From Ministeria vibrans ATCC 50519 (taxonomy: Eukaryota > Protista > Filasterea): a stretch of DNA of 64,000 nt. Below the pieces are notes generated by a model. It worked only from the letters and a program-made list of their open reading frames with translations, was not told where the DNA came from and ran no database searches. A program made the translations under genes and the position numbers. Shown in pieces: positions 26,601 to 38,764 of this stretch. The first letter of the stretch is position 1; each line of letters begins with the position of its first letter. The stretch lies in contig CALSCP010000733.1 in the NCBI GenBank assembly GCA_943704425.1, positions 65,872 to 129,871 on the forward strand, in the 5' to 3' direction.

Positions 26601-29541
26601 GTGGCCGCATCCACCACACTCGCGACCGTCAAGCGACACGTTCGCTCCATTCTTTTGTCCAACGCCGGTCGTTTTTTCACACCTGACGAACTTTGCAGTG
26701 AGTTTTCCACCGCCTCCCGTGGTGTTGACCTAAACGCAGTCGCCCTCGCTATGGGCTACGACTCCCTTCGCTCCTTCCTTCTCGATGGCCTTAGTGACCT
26801 CTTTGTGTACACCATGGGCGAAGACAAACGCGCGCGCTTTTCGGCCGCCGCCTCGTTCGGTCCTGTGCCCGTCGCCGGCGGCCCCGTGCCCACCATCAAG
26901 ATCGAGCCGGCCATTCGTCTAGCGGCCATTGCCGCTCTCACCAGTGCCGGTCCGGCGGGCCTCGTGCAGTCGGATCTCATTCGTCGTTGTGAACTCCAGC
27001 GCAACACCTTTGCTAAGCTCGCCGCCAAGCACAACATTTCCATTCGCGAAGTCCTCCTGCGCTCCATGTGTGACATTATTGTTGTCAAGCAGGCGTCGCC
27101 CAACAAATGGTACTACATGCTCCGGTCTTCCGACCCCACCGCCTCCTCGGCGTCGTCGTCGACCACGTCAAATAGTGCTGCTCCCAAATCTAGCAAGGAC
27201 GGCATGGCGCTGTCGCGTGACCACTTGCCCAAGGTGCCACCCGCCTACGATGTGAAATTGGTACTCGACGAGTGCGATGCGCTTGTTCCTGAGAAACACG
27301 CCGTTGCCAGCGGTGTTTGTGCCATTGCGTGTCAGCTGGCACGTCTGTCCGGCTCCGAACACGACGATGCCGAGGCGCGCATGCGCGTGTGCATGGTACA
27401 GGTGTTTGTCGAGGCAGTCGAGCCCGCTTATCCTTTGGCGTCCTGCTACCTCTTTGACGTGGTCGACTCGACCGACCTTGGGGCGGGTCTGTCCATACCT
27501 TTGCGTTCGCTCTGTGCCAACGAGGCTGTTGTCAAGGTGTTTCACAGCGCCGTCAACGTGGCCATTCCGCTTTTCTACCAGCTCAACGTCACTTTTAAGA
27601 ATGTATTCGACACGGACGCCGCCGCTCAAATGATCCAGTCGCTGCGCAGTGCCGACGTTGTTGCAAGCACGGCTGTGTCGGTGGCGAGCGCCGACAAGTG
27701 GCGTTCGGCTGTCAGTCTCAATTGCTTGGGTGTGCCGCTGAATAGCGCCCTCGACGACTGCGGATGTGCTCAGCAGACGAGACCCGGTAGTGCTGTCGTG
27801 GCCCAAGAGTCACCAGACTTTTGGCAGAGGCAGCGTCCCCTGACGACCATCATGGTCGAGGAGGCGTGCGGCAACGCCACGTCGCTTCTTCTCCTGTATC
27901 GTCACCAGCGAGTCCTCGTGCAACAAGCTGCCCTCGAGTCGCTCTCGCTCGTCTCGCACACCCGTGCTGGTACCTTTGTATCCTCGAGTTCGACGCGCGC
28001 CAAGGCAGTCCGACGTGTGCAGCAGACGTACTCGCAGCGCCGATTGCGCGCCTCTCGCTGGCAGTCGGTCGCGCCCTCGTCACCCGTGCCGGTGCGTCTC
28101 ACGCAATGCATGCGATTTGGCTCTCGTTCGCAATTTGAGTTTCGAGCACCCGCGCCCACCGTCAACGTTCCCAAGACTGTGCCCTTTCCTCCCTCCCAAC
28201 GCCCAACCATGTTTGGTGTGCCTCCTCTGAACAAGGATGTGGAATTTGAGGCGCTCCTTAATGTCCTGCCCAAGCGTGTTGAAGTTGCGTTGCGTCTTCA
28301 TCGCGAACGTGTGACGCGCATTGTCTTTGACGTGACCGACGCTCACGTGATGCACATGTGCGACGGTACAACCGTGCCTCTCACTTCGACCACGTTTGGA
28401 AGTGCTGCCGCGAGCTCGCTTGTCGTCGACGCCGTCCAGCTGCTGCAAAACGAGTACCAGCGCACGGGCGGTGATGCCTATAGTCTTTTCGCCTCCGACG
28501 ACTCCGCATGGATCCCGAAAACTCTCCACCGTATCACCGTGACGCGCAACGACGCCGACGAGATCACTCAACTCATTTACCATGTGCGGCGCAGTGTCGC
28601 CGGCATTGCCGTGCTGCTGCAAGACCTCATTGCCGATCTCATTGTCACGCCGGCGCATCGCGCCGCCTCCATTGCCCCCAAGGCCTTTCTGGTGCTCGGA
28701 AGTGACTTGGAAGGTATCAATTTATATTCATAATAACATTATTATTATTATTTTTAGACTAATAATAAAAATATAATAATAATAATAATAATTATTATTA
28801 TTATTTTTATTTTATCAGTAATATTCGTGACTGACTTTTTTTTTNNNNNNNNNNTTTTTTTGCAGCGCGAAGTGATTTGCTGCGTGAAATTGGACGGGAA
28901 TTGATTGAGCGTCACCACAAGAATGTGGTTGTGCTGGATGCGTACTCGTTTGTTGGCGGTCATCCCAATGTGCCGCATGCCTCAGTGCGCTCTGCTCGTC
29001 GTGTCGCCGTCAAAGACCCCAAACATCTCGTACTTTCAAACGTCTTTTCTATTGTGACGAGCACCAATCATAACATTGCTATTCTTTATTGTTTTTCTTA
29101 ATGTGCTAGTCTACGGCAATTATGGACACGGCACGCAATTTCCGAGGAGACGTGATGATTGTGGACGAGATTATGTGTGAAGCGGACGCGCGAGCTCTTG
29201 TGAGTGTGATTCAGCAGGGAGTGGCGGTGGTGGCAACGGTGGGTGTCCATAGTCTGGCACAGCTTTTGTCGGCGCCCGGGCAGGGGGTGCGTGCGCTTAT
29301 TGGCGATGTGGACGTGACGGCGTCGTCGGCAAGCAAGACACTGCATCGTCTGCACACGCCCGCTGTGTCCGCGGCCGTCGAGGTGCTCGACTACAACAAC
29401 TACAGGGTGCACACGGACGTGCTGCGCTCTGTCGAGGAGATTATTCAGGGCCGCGAAGTGCCCGTCCAGACACGCTGGTCTCCCTCTCCCACCGGCAACC
29501 CCTCCTACGTCCAGTTTGCAACGCCCGACGCCGCATTATGA
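23639..29541 (+). CDS. Egalitarian/EXD1-like protein (wHTH/LOTUS-like repeats, OB-like segment, degenerate DnaQ-type 3'-5' exonuclease) fused to a degenerate Ycf45/SpoIIIAA-type AAA domain; exons 23639-23822, 23971-28713, 28866-29029, 29110-29541
   Basis: Exonuclease motifs YLFDV...VVKVFHS...NVFDT...FWQRQRPLT at ~27260-27900. Ycf45-like motifs LLNVLP, TLHRIT, LLREIGREL, VGGHPNVPH, DVMIVDEI, GVAVVAT and VQTRW at 28250-29541. The segment GYDSLRSFLLDGLSDLF resembles LOTUS/OST-HTH. Splice phases are consistent. Confidence 0.8.
24102..24252 (+). repeat. 75-bp in-frame direct repeat, two copies (AD(Q/E)IAAGIVDDLLDGLGAEDGEEQD)
   Basis: Near-identical copies start at ~24102 and ~24177. Confidence 0.9.
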
Positions 29542-29664
29542 GAAAAATTGTAGTACAATTCGGATTGTGTTTATTTTTCATAAATGTGTGGTGCACTTTA
29601 TTACAATTGGTTTGTCCGACGTCGCAGTATAAGAAAGACTGTAGTAAAATTCGGACATGGTGCG

Positions 29665-31317
29665 TCAACAAGCGACACCCCACTGAGGCTTCGGGCTGGT
29701 CCAAGCAGTTGTGCCTGTGTCAAACAAGTCGGGCTTCGACGCAAAGCGGGTGACGCACCAGGCCGACAAGTCGTGGTTAAACTGCGATGCATTGGCGAGC
29801 ATCTGCGTCAAATCATCACCCTACGTCCATTTTCGTTGCAGTGGCATGCGCATCGAGTGTTCATCATACCGACCGCACGTCCCATCCGCTAATGTCACGA
29901 TTAAAGCTCGCCGCTTTATAAAAGGTACTTGCAAAGGTGATCACCTACGAAGAGAAAGAGAAGAGAGGGAGTTCAGCGAGAGAGGTCGCGAGCGATACGG
30001 ACAACTGACACTCTGTGTGTTCCAAGACTCAACGGATCCATTGAAGTTGGTAGCGCCAGAAAACATAGAGCCAAGATCAGTCGCCTACATGTGAATGTGT
30101 GTAATGATCTTGAGGCATACGAATGCGAGACAGTTGTACCTGAGACATATCCCACGTGTGCAGATCGCCATTAAATTGCTCGGCATTCTCAAACATGGAG
30201 CGGAAGGAGAGTGGCCCCGCGACCGACCACTGGTGGAGGTCGGTCTGGTTGAAGACGGCGCAGTCGCGAAAAGTAGAGTGAAAGCTTGTCACTTGCGAGA
30301 CTTTCCACGAGCCGACAGGATGATTGAATTTGCGGCAGCTACGGAATGTCGAGCGCAGTGTTGTCACCTGAATAAAGAAAAATAAATATAAATTAATAGC
30401 ATGTGAAGATAAAATGAGAAATGGGTCCCTGTCCAAGTAGGCAAGTACCAAAGAGAAAGGAAGAAGACCTGGAAGACAAACAAACAAAAAAGTGTGTTAA
30501 TACCTTTCGTGTGTCCCAATCTGCCAGATTCTGATTGAAACTTTCCGAGTTTTCAAAGGTCTCCTCGAGCGAAGTAATCTAGAAAGGTAGTGCACAGACG
30601 ATCAGACGAGCACATCAGCGGTGGCGTGCGTTGCACCTGCGACACATCCCACGCATTGAGGTTGCCTTCCACTCCAATGCCCGTGTGTTTGAATGAGCGG
30701 TACAGCGTCGTGACGCCTGCAAGATTGAGTCGGTCTGTCGCAAGGATGCGCATGAAGAAACACCCCCAGAAGTGCTCGCCGCCGTCCCCTAGACGAAGAG
30801 GACCCCACTGATCAACCGATATGAGCTTCAGTCGGTCTCCGCCGCTGGAGAAGCGCCATCCTTCAATGGTCCCGTTGATTCGAATGGTGTACGAATTGGG
30901 CGAAGGAAAGATGTGCAGCGATTGATTGAAGTGCGTCACGCGCACGACGGGGCTTCCGTCGCCAAAGTCCACGTCAAAGTCGTATGTGCCGTTTGCGTGC
31001 AGCGGAAGCTGGATCGAGCGCGAGTCGGATGCGCCTGTGTTGTCCGTTGTCCACGTCGATATGAAGTGCGTTGCGTCCGGCTCTGGCGGCGTCTCCAGCG
31101 CCGCAACGCGCGCCTCAATCGCCGCAAGACGGTTGGTGAGCGCCGACTCGGTCAACACCGCTGCGTTGTTGACGTAGAGACCCCCGGTGACGGCTACACG
31201 GCCCGCCGAGATCAGCAGATCGCCGTGCGCCGTCGACGCCACAAACGGATCGTCGTCAGCGCACGCCAACCCCAGTGTGTGTGCCACTAGAAGTACAAAC
31301 ACCGTTGACACGTGCAT
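29665..31317 (-). CDS. Secreted DUF285/BspA-like surface repeat protein (multi-exon)
   Basis: Signal peptide MHVSTVFVLLVAHTLGLACA, short coiled coil LTNRLAAIEARVAALE, then FISTWTT...IQLPL...YDFDVDFGDG, and repeats of the type FNGDLHTWDMSQV / FNRDISGWDVRS. Ends KPQWGVAC* (stop at 29665-29667). Confidence 0.82.
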
Positions 31318-31465
31318 ATCGAACTGCAGTTGAAGAAACTAAATAAAAATTAATTAGAAAAAATAGTATTGATCAGTGAGTGAGTGTCATCGAAAGTATT
31401 CGTGATCATAAATATCATCACAGTAAAATAATTATAGTATTTCAAAATAAACACAGTCATAGTCT

Positions 31466-32197
31466 TTACGTATCACACCCTGCAAAACTCGGCTGTGCCA
31501 AAGTCCAACTGGACGCACCGCTTGAAAACGAATTCGGCTTCGAGCTGATGAGCGGGAAACACCAAGCGCCAAGGTCCCTATTGAACGACGTTGCATCCTG
31601 GAACATGCCAGACGCATACTCCACCGTGACTGGGCGCCAGCTGGAGATGTCCCCGTTAAACGCATAGGCAGCATAAAACATGGACACAGTCCACTTGGCA
31701 CTGCTGGGCTTCCATGCACTCAGCCCGTTACCAACATACGCCGTTGCTCTGTTGAAGATGTTGGAGAAGTCCCGCACATTACTCACATCCCACTGGGATA
31801 AATTCCCATTGAACACCGCATTGTTATAGAATAGCTGTATCATATCAGTCGCGCTAACAGAAGGAATAGAAAGCGTGAGAGAGGCACAGACATATTAGAC
31901 AGACAGATAGACAGACAGAGTGTAAGAGATATTCGTTTGATTCTTACGCAGAGACATTCCACTGTGAGATATCGCCATCAAACAGGCTACTTGCAAACAC
32001 CTGCGACATGCGCCACACGGAACGAGTGTTCCATGTGCTTACAATGGGATTGCCCGCATTGTAGAACAGCCGGTTCATGTCCAATACTAAACCAACAACA
32101 GAAACAAACACAATCATAAGATGTAATAATAATAATAACAAGACGTAATAATAATAATAATAATAACAACAACAACAACAACAACAACAACAATAAC

Positions 32198-32259
<62 letters not shown>

Positions 32260-33472
32260 CAACAACAATAATAATAATAATAATAATAATAATCATAATA
32301 ATAATTATTATTATTCTTATTATTATTATTAGTTAGTTAGAAAATCGGATTTGTCTTGTTGTCTTTCACCATTTGACACGTCCCACTGGCTCAGGTCACC
32401 CGAGAAGGGAGTATCCTGGAAGGTGCGCTGCATGTTCGTGACCTGCCGCACATCCCACCCAGACAGGTCGACTGCGCCATCAAACGACGACCCGTCAAAC
32501 GTCGAAAAGAGCGAAGTCACACTGCACACGTAAGCAAATGGAGCGATTGGGTTTAGTAGCACACGCACACATACATACACATTTATATATATATACAGAG
32601 AGACACAGTATGAAGCACACGTGATGAACACAGATTGATTGAGTGCACTCACTCACACAATCAATCTATCACTTTACTCACGAATCACTCACTCATACTC
32701 ACACAGTACTTCGCACTCACACACACTTGTTCACTCACCTTGACGTATTCCACGACGACACATCTCCGTTGAAGACCGATGCGCTCTTAAACACTTTTTC
32801 AAGGGATCTCACGCCACCAATGCGGAAACTCGCCAGAGACGAGTCAAAAACTGACGCACCCTCAAACATGCTGGTCATTTGCTGGAGACTATCCGTCTCC
32901 CACTGCGACAGATCATCATCAAAACTGCTTGCCAAGTGGAACATTCCTCTCATCGACACAACCCTACGAACACCAATGAAATTACGGAGTAGTGCTATAT
33001 CAGCTGACAAGGCTCTCTTTCTCGCTCTCGACTCTCACCTCTTGACATTCCACTGCGCGACTCCCGACTGAATTCCCGAATTTTGGAACATCTCTTGCAT
33101 GTCCGTCACCTGAAAAAGAAAGAGTTTGAGATGAGCAATACCGATGAGCATCATAATTGATTCGATGTTCGATGACCTGTGCCGTGTCCCAGCAGTTCAT
33201 CGGCTGATTGTACTGTGTGGCACTGTCAAACATTCCCTTCATACTCACAACGCTATCAACACAATTGTCAGCTCAGAACACACATACACTGACATTGGCA
33301 TTTTCTTTCTTCTTTTTCTTACTTGGCAGTGTTAAACGAGCACAACATCTGGTTAAAAACTCCCGCTCCGGAAAAGAGCTCTTCTATTGTGGTTACTCTG
33401 CAGACACAACATGAGACAATACACAGACACACATACAGATCGATTAAACACATACACAATGGACACAAAATT

Positions 33473-33558
<86 letters not shown>

Positions 33559-35193
33559 CTTCCACACAACACAATATATAGTGTATACTGGATGGTATTA
33601 AAGGGCACCGTCGCATTGAAAACAGCGGCGTTCTTCAGCATGGCCTTCATCGACTGGCACGACTGCAGTTCCCAACCTCCCAGATCCACATTGAAGCGCG
33701 ATCTTGGAGTTTTCACGGAAAACATTGCAAACTGACCGCCAGTAAGAACATCCTCAATGAGCCCCTCAAAGATACTGGCAACAGACCTGACATGGCGCAC
33801 GTCCCACATCGCAAGCGACGCAGCCGAGTCGAGCGGCGCATGACGAAACGCGCATGATAAATTGGCTGGAATATTTGTCAGTGCCTGCGGATCCGAAATC
33901 ACATCGAGATGTGTGCATCCGTCAAAATAACCTCCACTCTCGCCAAGACGCAGTGCTGTGCCCCACTGCACAATATCAGTGAGCACCGGCGCATCTGCAT
34001 TCCCTTGAAACGCCCAACCCTCCAGGGTACCCTGCGTCACCACCGTGAACACGTCGCCTGTGCCCGTGCCATACACATGCGTCGCTCGCGTATCGTTCCA
34101 CGACGTCACCGTGTCCGACATGCCGTCACCCCACTGGACTGTGAACGAGTACACTGCGCCTGCCTGTGCCACAAGTGGGAGACGCACAGTCCGTGGCGTC
34201 GCTGCGTACGTCACGTTCCACACTGTCACAAAGGCATCGGACGGATACGGCAGTGCCGTCGCGCATTCTGCACCGCCAAAGTCTGCCGTGCACGCACACG
34301 AATAGCTCAAAATGGTGTTGCTGCCCACCACATTCGAACACGTTCCGTTGTTCAGGCACGGATTGCTCGCACACTAGGTAGACAAAACGATCAGTAGTTA
34401 TCATGTCTCTCCTTGTGGTTTTCCCATACCGGATCAACCTCGGTGCATGTTGTCCCAGTGTATCCTGCTGGACAGGTGCACCGAAAGGTAGTGCTTTCAT
34501 TTGCTGCGATCTCGGAACACACTGCGCCCTGACTGCACGGCGAGCTCCCGCACTGCAGACGACCAGAAGAAGCACAAACAAAGAAGAACACGTCAGCTAC
34601 TACACAGACCAACCATCATGCTGTAGACAAGAGTCGTCTTACGACATCCATTTCCTGACAGCGCACTCCAGAATAGAGTGGAGGGCAGGAGCAGTTGAAC
34701 GAGTGCCAGTTGTCAGAGGAGCAGACGCCACTGTGGAGACACGGCGACGAGTCGCACGCCGTAATTGCTTGGCAACTGCAGCTCGATAGCTGTGACTCCA
34801 GAAGCACCACACGCGCCGAGAGCTGCGTCGTTTGGTGAAGGACAAAGAGCAAAATATAAAACAAACAAAGAAGCAAACAAAACATTGTCGTTATGTTATG
34901 GTGTTGCCACAATTTGGTCGTACGTCGGCCGAAACGGCGAGTAGCTGCTGGATTTGCTGCGCAGTTATCACCACGTCACCAAGACGCAACGTGTTCGGCG
35001 TAAGCTCGGCCGTTTGCGACTGGGGATCGCTGCGTTGAGTGTGGTTGCGCGGAATGAGTTTCAACGAATCCGCTCGCACCACCGTCGAATCCGAATCACG
35101 CGCCACCAACACTGTGCCGGGGGTCGACAATGACCCAGACCACTCTTGGCCACGGCTGAAGGCGAACAGGGTAAACACCAATAAAATCTTCAT
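31466..35193 (-). CDS. Secreted protein with three EGF domains followed by DUF285/BspA-like repeats (multi-exon)
   Basis: Signal peptide MKILLVFTLFAFSRG; EGF units CDSSPCLHSGVC, CGSSPCSQGAVC and CASNPCLNNGTC; FVTVW...VRLPL...FTVQWGDG; many FNGNLSQWDVSNV-type repeats; ends AQPSFAGCDT*. Confidence 0.82.
32110..32330. repeat. Intronic (TAA)n/(CAA)n microsatellite
   Basis: Directly visible; similar tracts at ~35205-35270, ~37205-37255 and ~40568-40685. Confidence 0.95.
33476..33557. repeat. Intronic (CA)n microsatellite
   Basis: Directly visible; similar tracts at ~48109-48170 and ~54738-54874. Confidence 0.95.
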
Positions 35194-35202
35194 ACGAAAA
35201 AG

Positions 35203-35267
<65 letters not shown>

Positions 35268-35325
35268 TATTATTGGAAATGTCTCCTTCTGACTTCTACT
35301 AAAAATAATTTTTTTATTTTTGAGT

Positions 35326-36225
35326 ATGTCTCGGAGGGGACACCAGCACGGTCCTGGTAGCTTGGGGCAAGGTGATTCAGGTCTCGAAATACTGCGATTT
35401 CGTGCAGTCCTGTGCTCATATCTTTCTCACGTAGACTTGAAGCTTCCTCGAATCGAGAAACGCCGCTACTCAACCTCGCTGATTGCCACTTCAAAATCAC
35501 TTCCACCCCCACGTCTATTGCCCCATGAGAGACCGCCCCCACGACCCAGGTTTTACAAATCGCCGCGAGAGGTTTCCTTGGCAACGCAACTTGCCTCCAA
35601 GCAAACGCGCTTGGTTGAACTCGAACAGCGACGCCTGTCGCTTCTGCAAGACTGTGATGACTTGCGAGTGCTCATCGACGAAATAGACGAACAGCTGAGT
35701 GCACGCGTCAGCGCCATTGCCACTCGTGAGGATCACGTTCGTCGCGAGGCAGCGCTGGTAATTGACAGGTTACGTCGTGAACGTGCCGCAGTGCGACAGG
35801 CGTGCGAAGAGGAAAGGCGTCTGCTCGAAAGAGACATTGAACAAACGTCGAACAACATTTGCTCGTCAAATGCACAGCTACGAGCCCTTCAGGCGGAATG
35901 GGACGAACTAGTCGACTATCGCGACCGACTCCAATATATTCTTGCAGACCAAATAGAGCAACTGAAAAAAGACGAAAGTGCACAAATACGACGTCACGAG
36001 TACTCGCTCAAGCGTCTCCACGAGCAATTCCAGCATGTCCGCGACCAGATTGAAGCAAGCACGCGTGAAACTGTTCAAAGGCGCGCCAAAGCCCTTGCGG
36101 AACGACTGGCCGACGCACTCCACCCTGACTACCACCGCATGGCCGCGCACAGCGCCCGCATGCAGCGTGAACTCACTCAGCACAAACAGCTTGCACTCCA
36201 ATTGCATAACACACAATCATCTTAA
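35326..36225 (+). CDS. Coiled-coil protein of unknown function
   Basis: ~300-aa ORF; residues after ~95 are E/Q/R/L-rich with a heptad pattern; AT-rich flanks on both sides. Confidence 0.7.
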   Translation: MSRRGHQHGPGSLGQGDSGLEILRFRAVLCSYLSHVDLKLPRIEKRRYSTSLIATSKSLPPPRLLPHERPPPRPRFYKSPREVSLATQLASKQTRLVELEQRRLSLLQDCDDLRVLIDEIDEQLSARVSAIATREDHVRREAALVIDRLRRERAAVRQACEEERRLLERDIEQTSNNICSSNAQLRALQAEWDELVDYRDRLQYILADQIEQLKKDESAQIRRHEYSLKRLHEQFQHVRDQIEASTRETVQRRAKALAERLADALHPDYHRMAAHSARMQRELTQHKQLALQLHNTQSS

Positions 36226-36304
36226 AATCAATACGTCTTACACCATAATGATAATAAAATATATATTTTTATTAATTTTATAATAATACTAATAATAATA
36301 ATAA

Positions 36305-38570
36305 TTACGTTTTCTTCTGTTCAAACTTCTCGACTGTCTTTGCCAGAAACTTGTGCGACCCTCGAAGCTACAATCTCAAACATGAGTACAACATTTCAAA
36401 TAATCACACCTGAACTCTCTGACCTGTAAGGCTGAATTATGGCACTGAAAGTACTGATCGCGCGACATTTTGTCGCGAGAGCACTCCTGCGGATGCCACG
36501 CATGGAACAGCGCCGGATCCACTGCACGCGTCACATTCAACTATAGCATGTACATTGGTCAACCTTTCATCTCAATTTACAGCAGAGTGTTTTTTCGTCT
36601 GTCTGCGTGTGTGGGTGTGTGTGTGTGTGTGTGCTATGGACTTACGTTGGCCAACAGTAGGCGAGTCATCAAATCAACATCTTCACTTCCCCACCTGCAA
36701 AACAAGTGAATTCAAATCATATTCATTAATGTTTTGCTTTGGAATCTATTAAGCTTACCCCACAGGCAATTTCTTTGAGGTTTTGAGGAACCCCCCGACC
36801 ATATCATAATCCGACACAAAAATGCACAGCTGAGCAGAAACATTATAATTTATTTTCTTAGATTAGTTGAAACTTGCTCGGATCGTGCGCACGCGCCCTT
36901 TCTTTAGACCTACCATTCCGTAACCAAATGTTCGCCAAATGCCCCGCTCCTTGTCAACATCCGGTTCCTTTCCGTTGTACAAACTGCGGAGAAATCAAAC
37001 ATGAATAATGACTGTATCAACACACCCTCAGTTTTCTCGCTCTCCACACACACACACACACACTCTCTCTCTCTAACCTGAATAGAATAGGCGCGTACAC
37101 CCGCGAATTTCTCTTGGTGTTGGTTTGGCAACGCATCATAAAGCCCCGAAGTACAACCACATCCACATCGGCAAAGAAAAGCAACTGCACCACAGTAATT
37201 AGTATAATAATTATAATAATAATAATAATAATTATTATTATTAATATTATTATTGTTGTTTGTTTTTATGTATCTTACCGCCCTTTCACCAAACATCGTC
37301 TTCACATTTGACACTGCAGTCTCAATAGCAGTGGCCCTCGAGAAAGCATTCATTTCCTGGGCTACTTTAGATATAAACGCCAGAATTTTGGTCCTAAAAA
37401 GAAACAACGATAAAAACAAAACATGTCATACTAACTTTTTTTCGTATACTCTTCGGAAAAATCATGCAAAATCTTTGATGCTTCTTCCATGGAGGCATCG
37501 TCTCCCATATAGCCAACAAACACGCGAAACACTGATTTGGGTTCCGTTGACTGAAGCTCACGTAAGCGCATTAAAAATCTGGTGAAATTACGAATAATAA
37601 TAATTATTAGTATTAAGAAACAAAACCAAAACAGGTTTCTCTCTCACTTTTTCAGGGTTGGTAATCGCCCTGCCAATGGAATGACAATGTTCACCACCTC
37701 CACAGATAGATCAAGTTGATCAACATGAACCAGCTGCAACGCCGTAAAAGGTCGCACCAGCTCTACACGCACCGTCCCAATGCTTCCCTACACAACAACA
37801 ACAATAATAATCCACTACCACACAACACTGCACAACCCATCACCTCAATTCAAAAACGATTAATGATATTATTACTATAATTATAATAATGTAATGCACA
37901 ACCAACAATAATACAACACACGACACACAAACAAACACGCAACTCCATCCAATGTCAATGGCCAAGGCAAAAACATCGCATCGCACAACACAAACTCATA
38001 CCGTTTCAAAGACAATCTTCATGTACAAGACATAGTCGGTGCCGCGCTGGCGGTCCGTGTGCCGCTGTATGTGCTCAAGCGACACCAGCTCGCTCCCGCG
38101 AAAGCGCCCGTCGCCCTGAAGCAGCGCCATGGCCCTGTTCACCACGTCCTGCGTCTACACCGAATGCACGCAAAGCGCCGGGTTACGTGTGTGTCACAGC
38201 CCCCGCTTCCCCGAACCTCAATGCGATCTGCACCGCCCATCGTTCGCCGTGGTCTCTCGTCCGCCGCAAAATACACATAATTCGGAGTCACTGCATCCCA
38301 CACAGGCACGTCAACAGGCCGAGCTGGCTGGAAGGCTTCTGCTGGAGCACCGCCGCGTCCGTCGCTGCCCCCCCGACACGGACAGCACCGCTCTGCAACG
38401 ACAAAACACACACACACACACACACTCAACGTTTTCTCGCCCAACACACATTATATCGCACCATCCTCCGCTCCCAACGCCTGAATTAGAACCACCAACA
38501 GCACCAAGTTGCTGCACACAAGATAGAACACGACAGCTTGCTTGGACAGCAGCGTAAACGTCACCGCCAT
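36305..38570 (-). CDS. Type II membrane chondroitin GalNAc-transferase-like glycosyltransferase (CHGN/GT7-type), multi-exon
   Basis: Anchor MAVTFTLLSKQAVVFYLVCSNLVLLVVLIQ. Spliced motifs RGTDYVL, VNIVIPLAGR, FSRATAI, LLFFADVD (DxD), RVYAPILFS, GIWRTFGYG, VGGF, WGSEDVDL, LFHAWHPQEC. Stop at 36305-36307. Confidence 0.85.
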
Positions 38571-38764
38571 GTCAGCATGAACGAAAAAAAATTAACAAGA
38601 CGTGCAAAGCAGATCTCAGACTTTGGAATAAATCGTCAAAGTGAACAATTCACCATTGTTAAACTAAATTTTCTTATCCTCTCCATCTTTTGCTCCGTGG
38701 CTGGTGTACACTCTTACTGGCGCATTGGATCCGCCTGATGACTCGGCGGTGCGGCCTCGTGAAC

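Noticed and set aside
31987-33616. Poly-L, poly-I, CV and HT ORFs in the track (also RE/SL ORFs near 46600-46900 and 59900-60400)
   Set aside because: Translations of intronic microsatellites.
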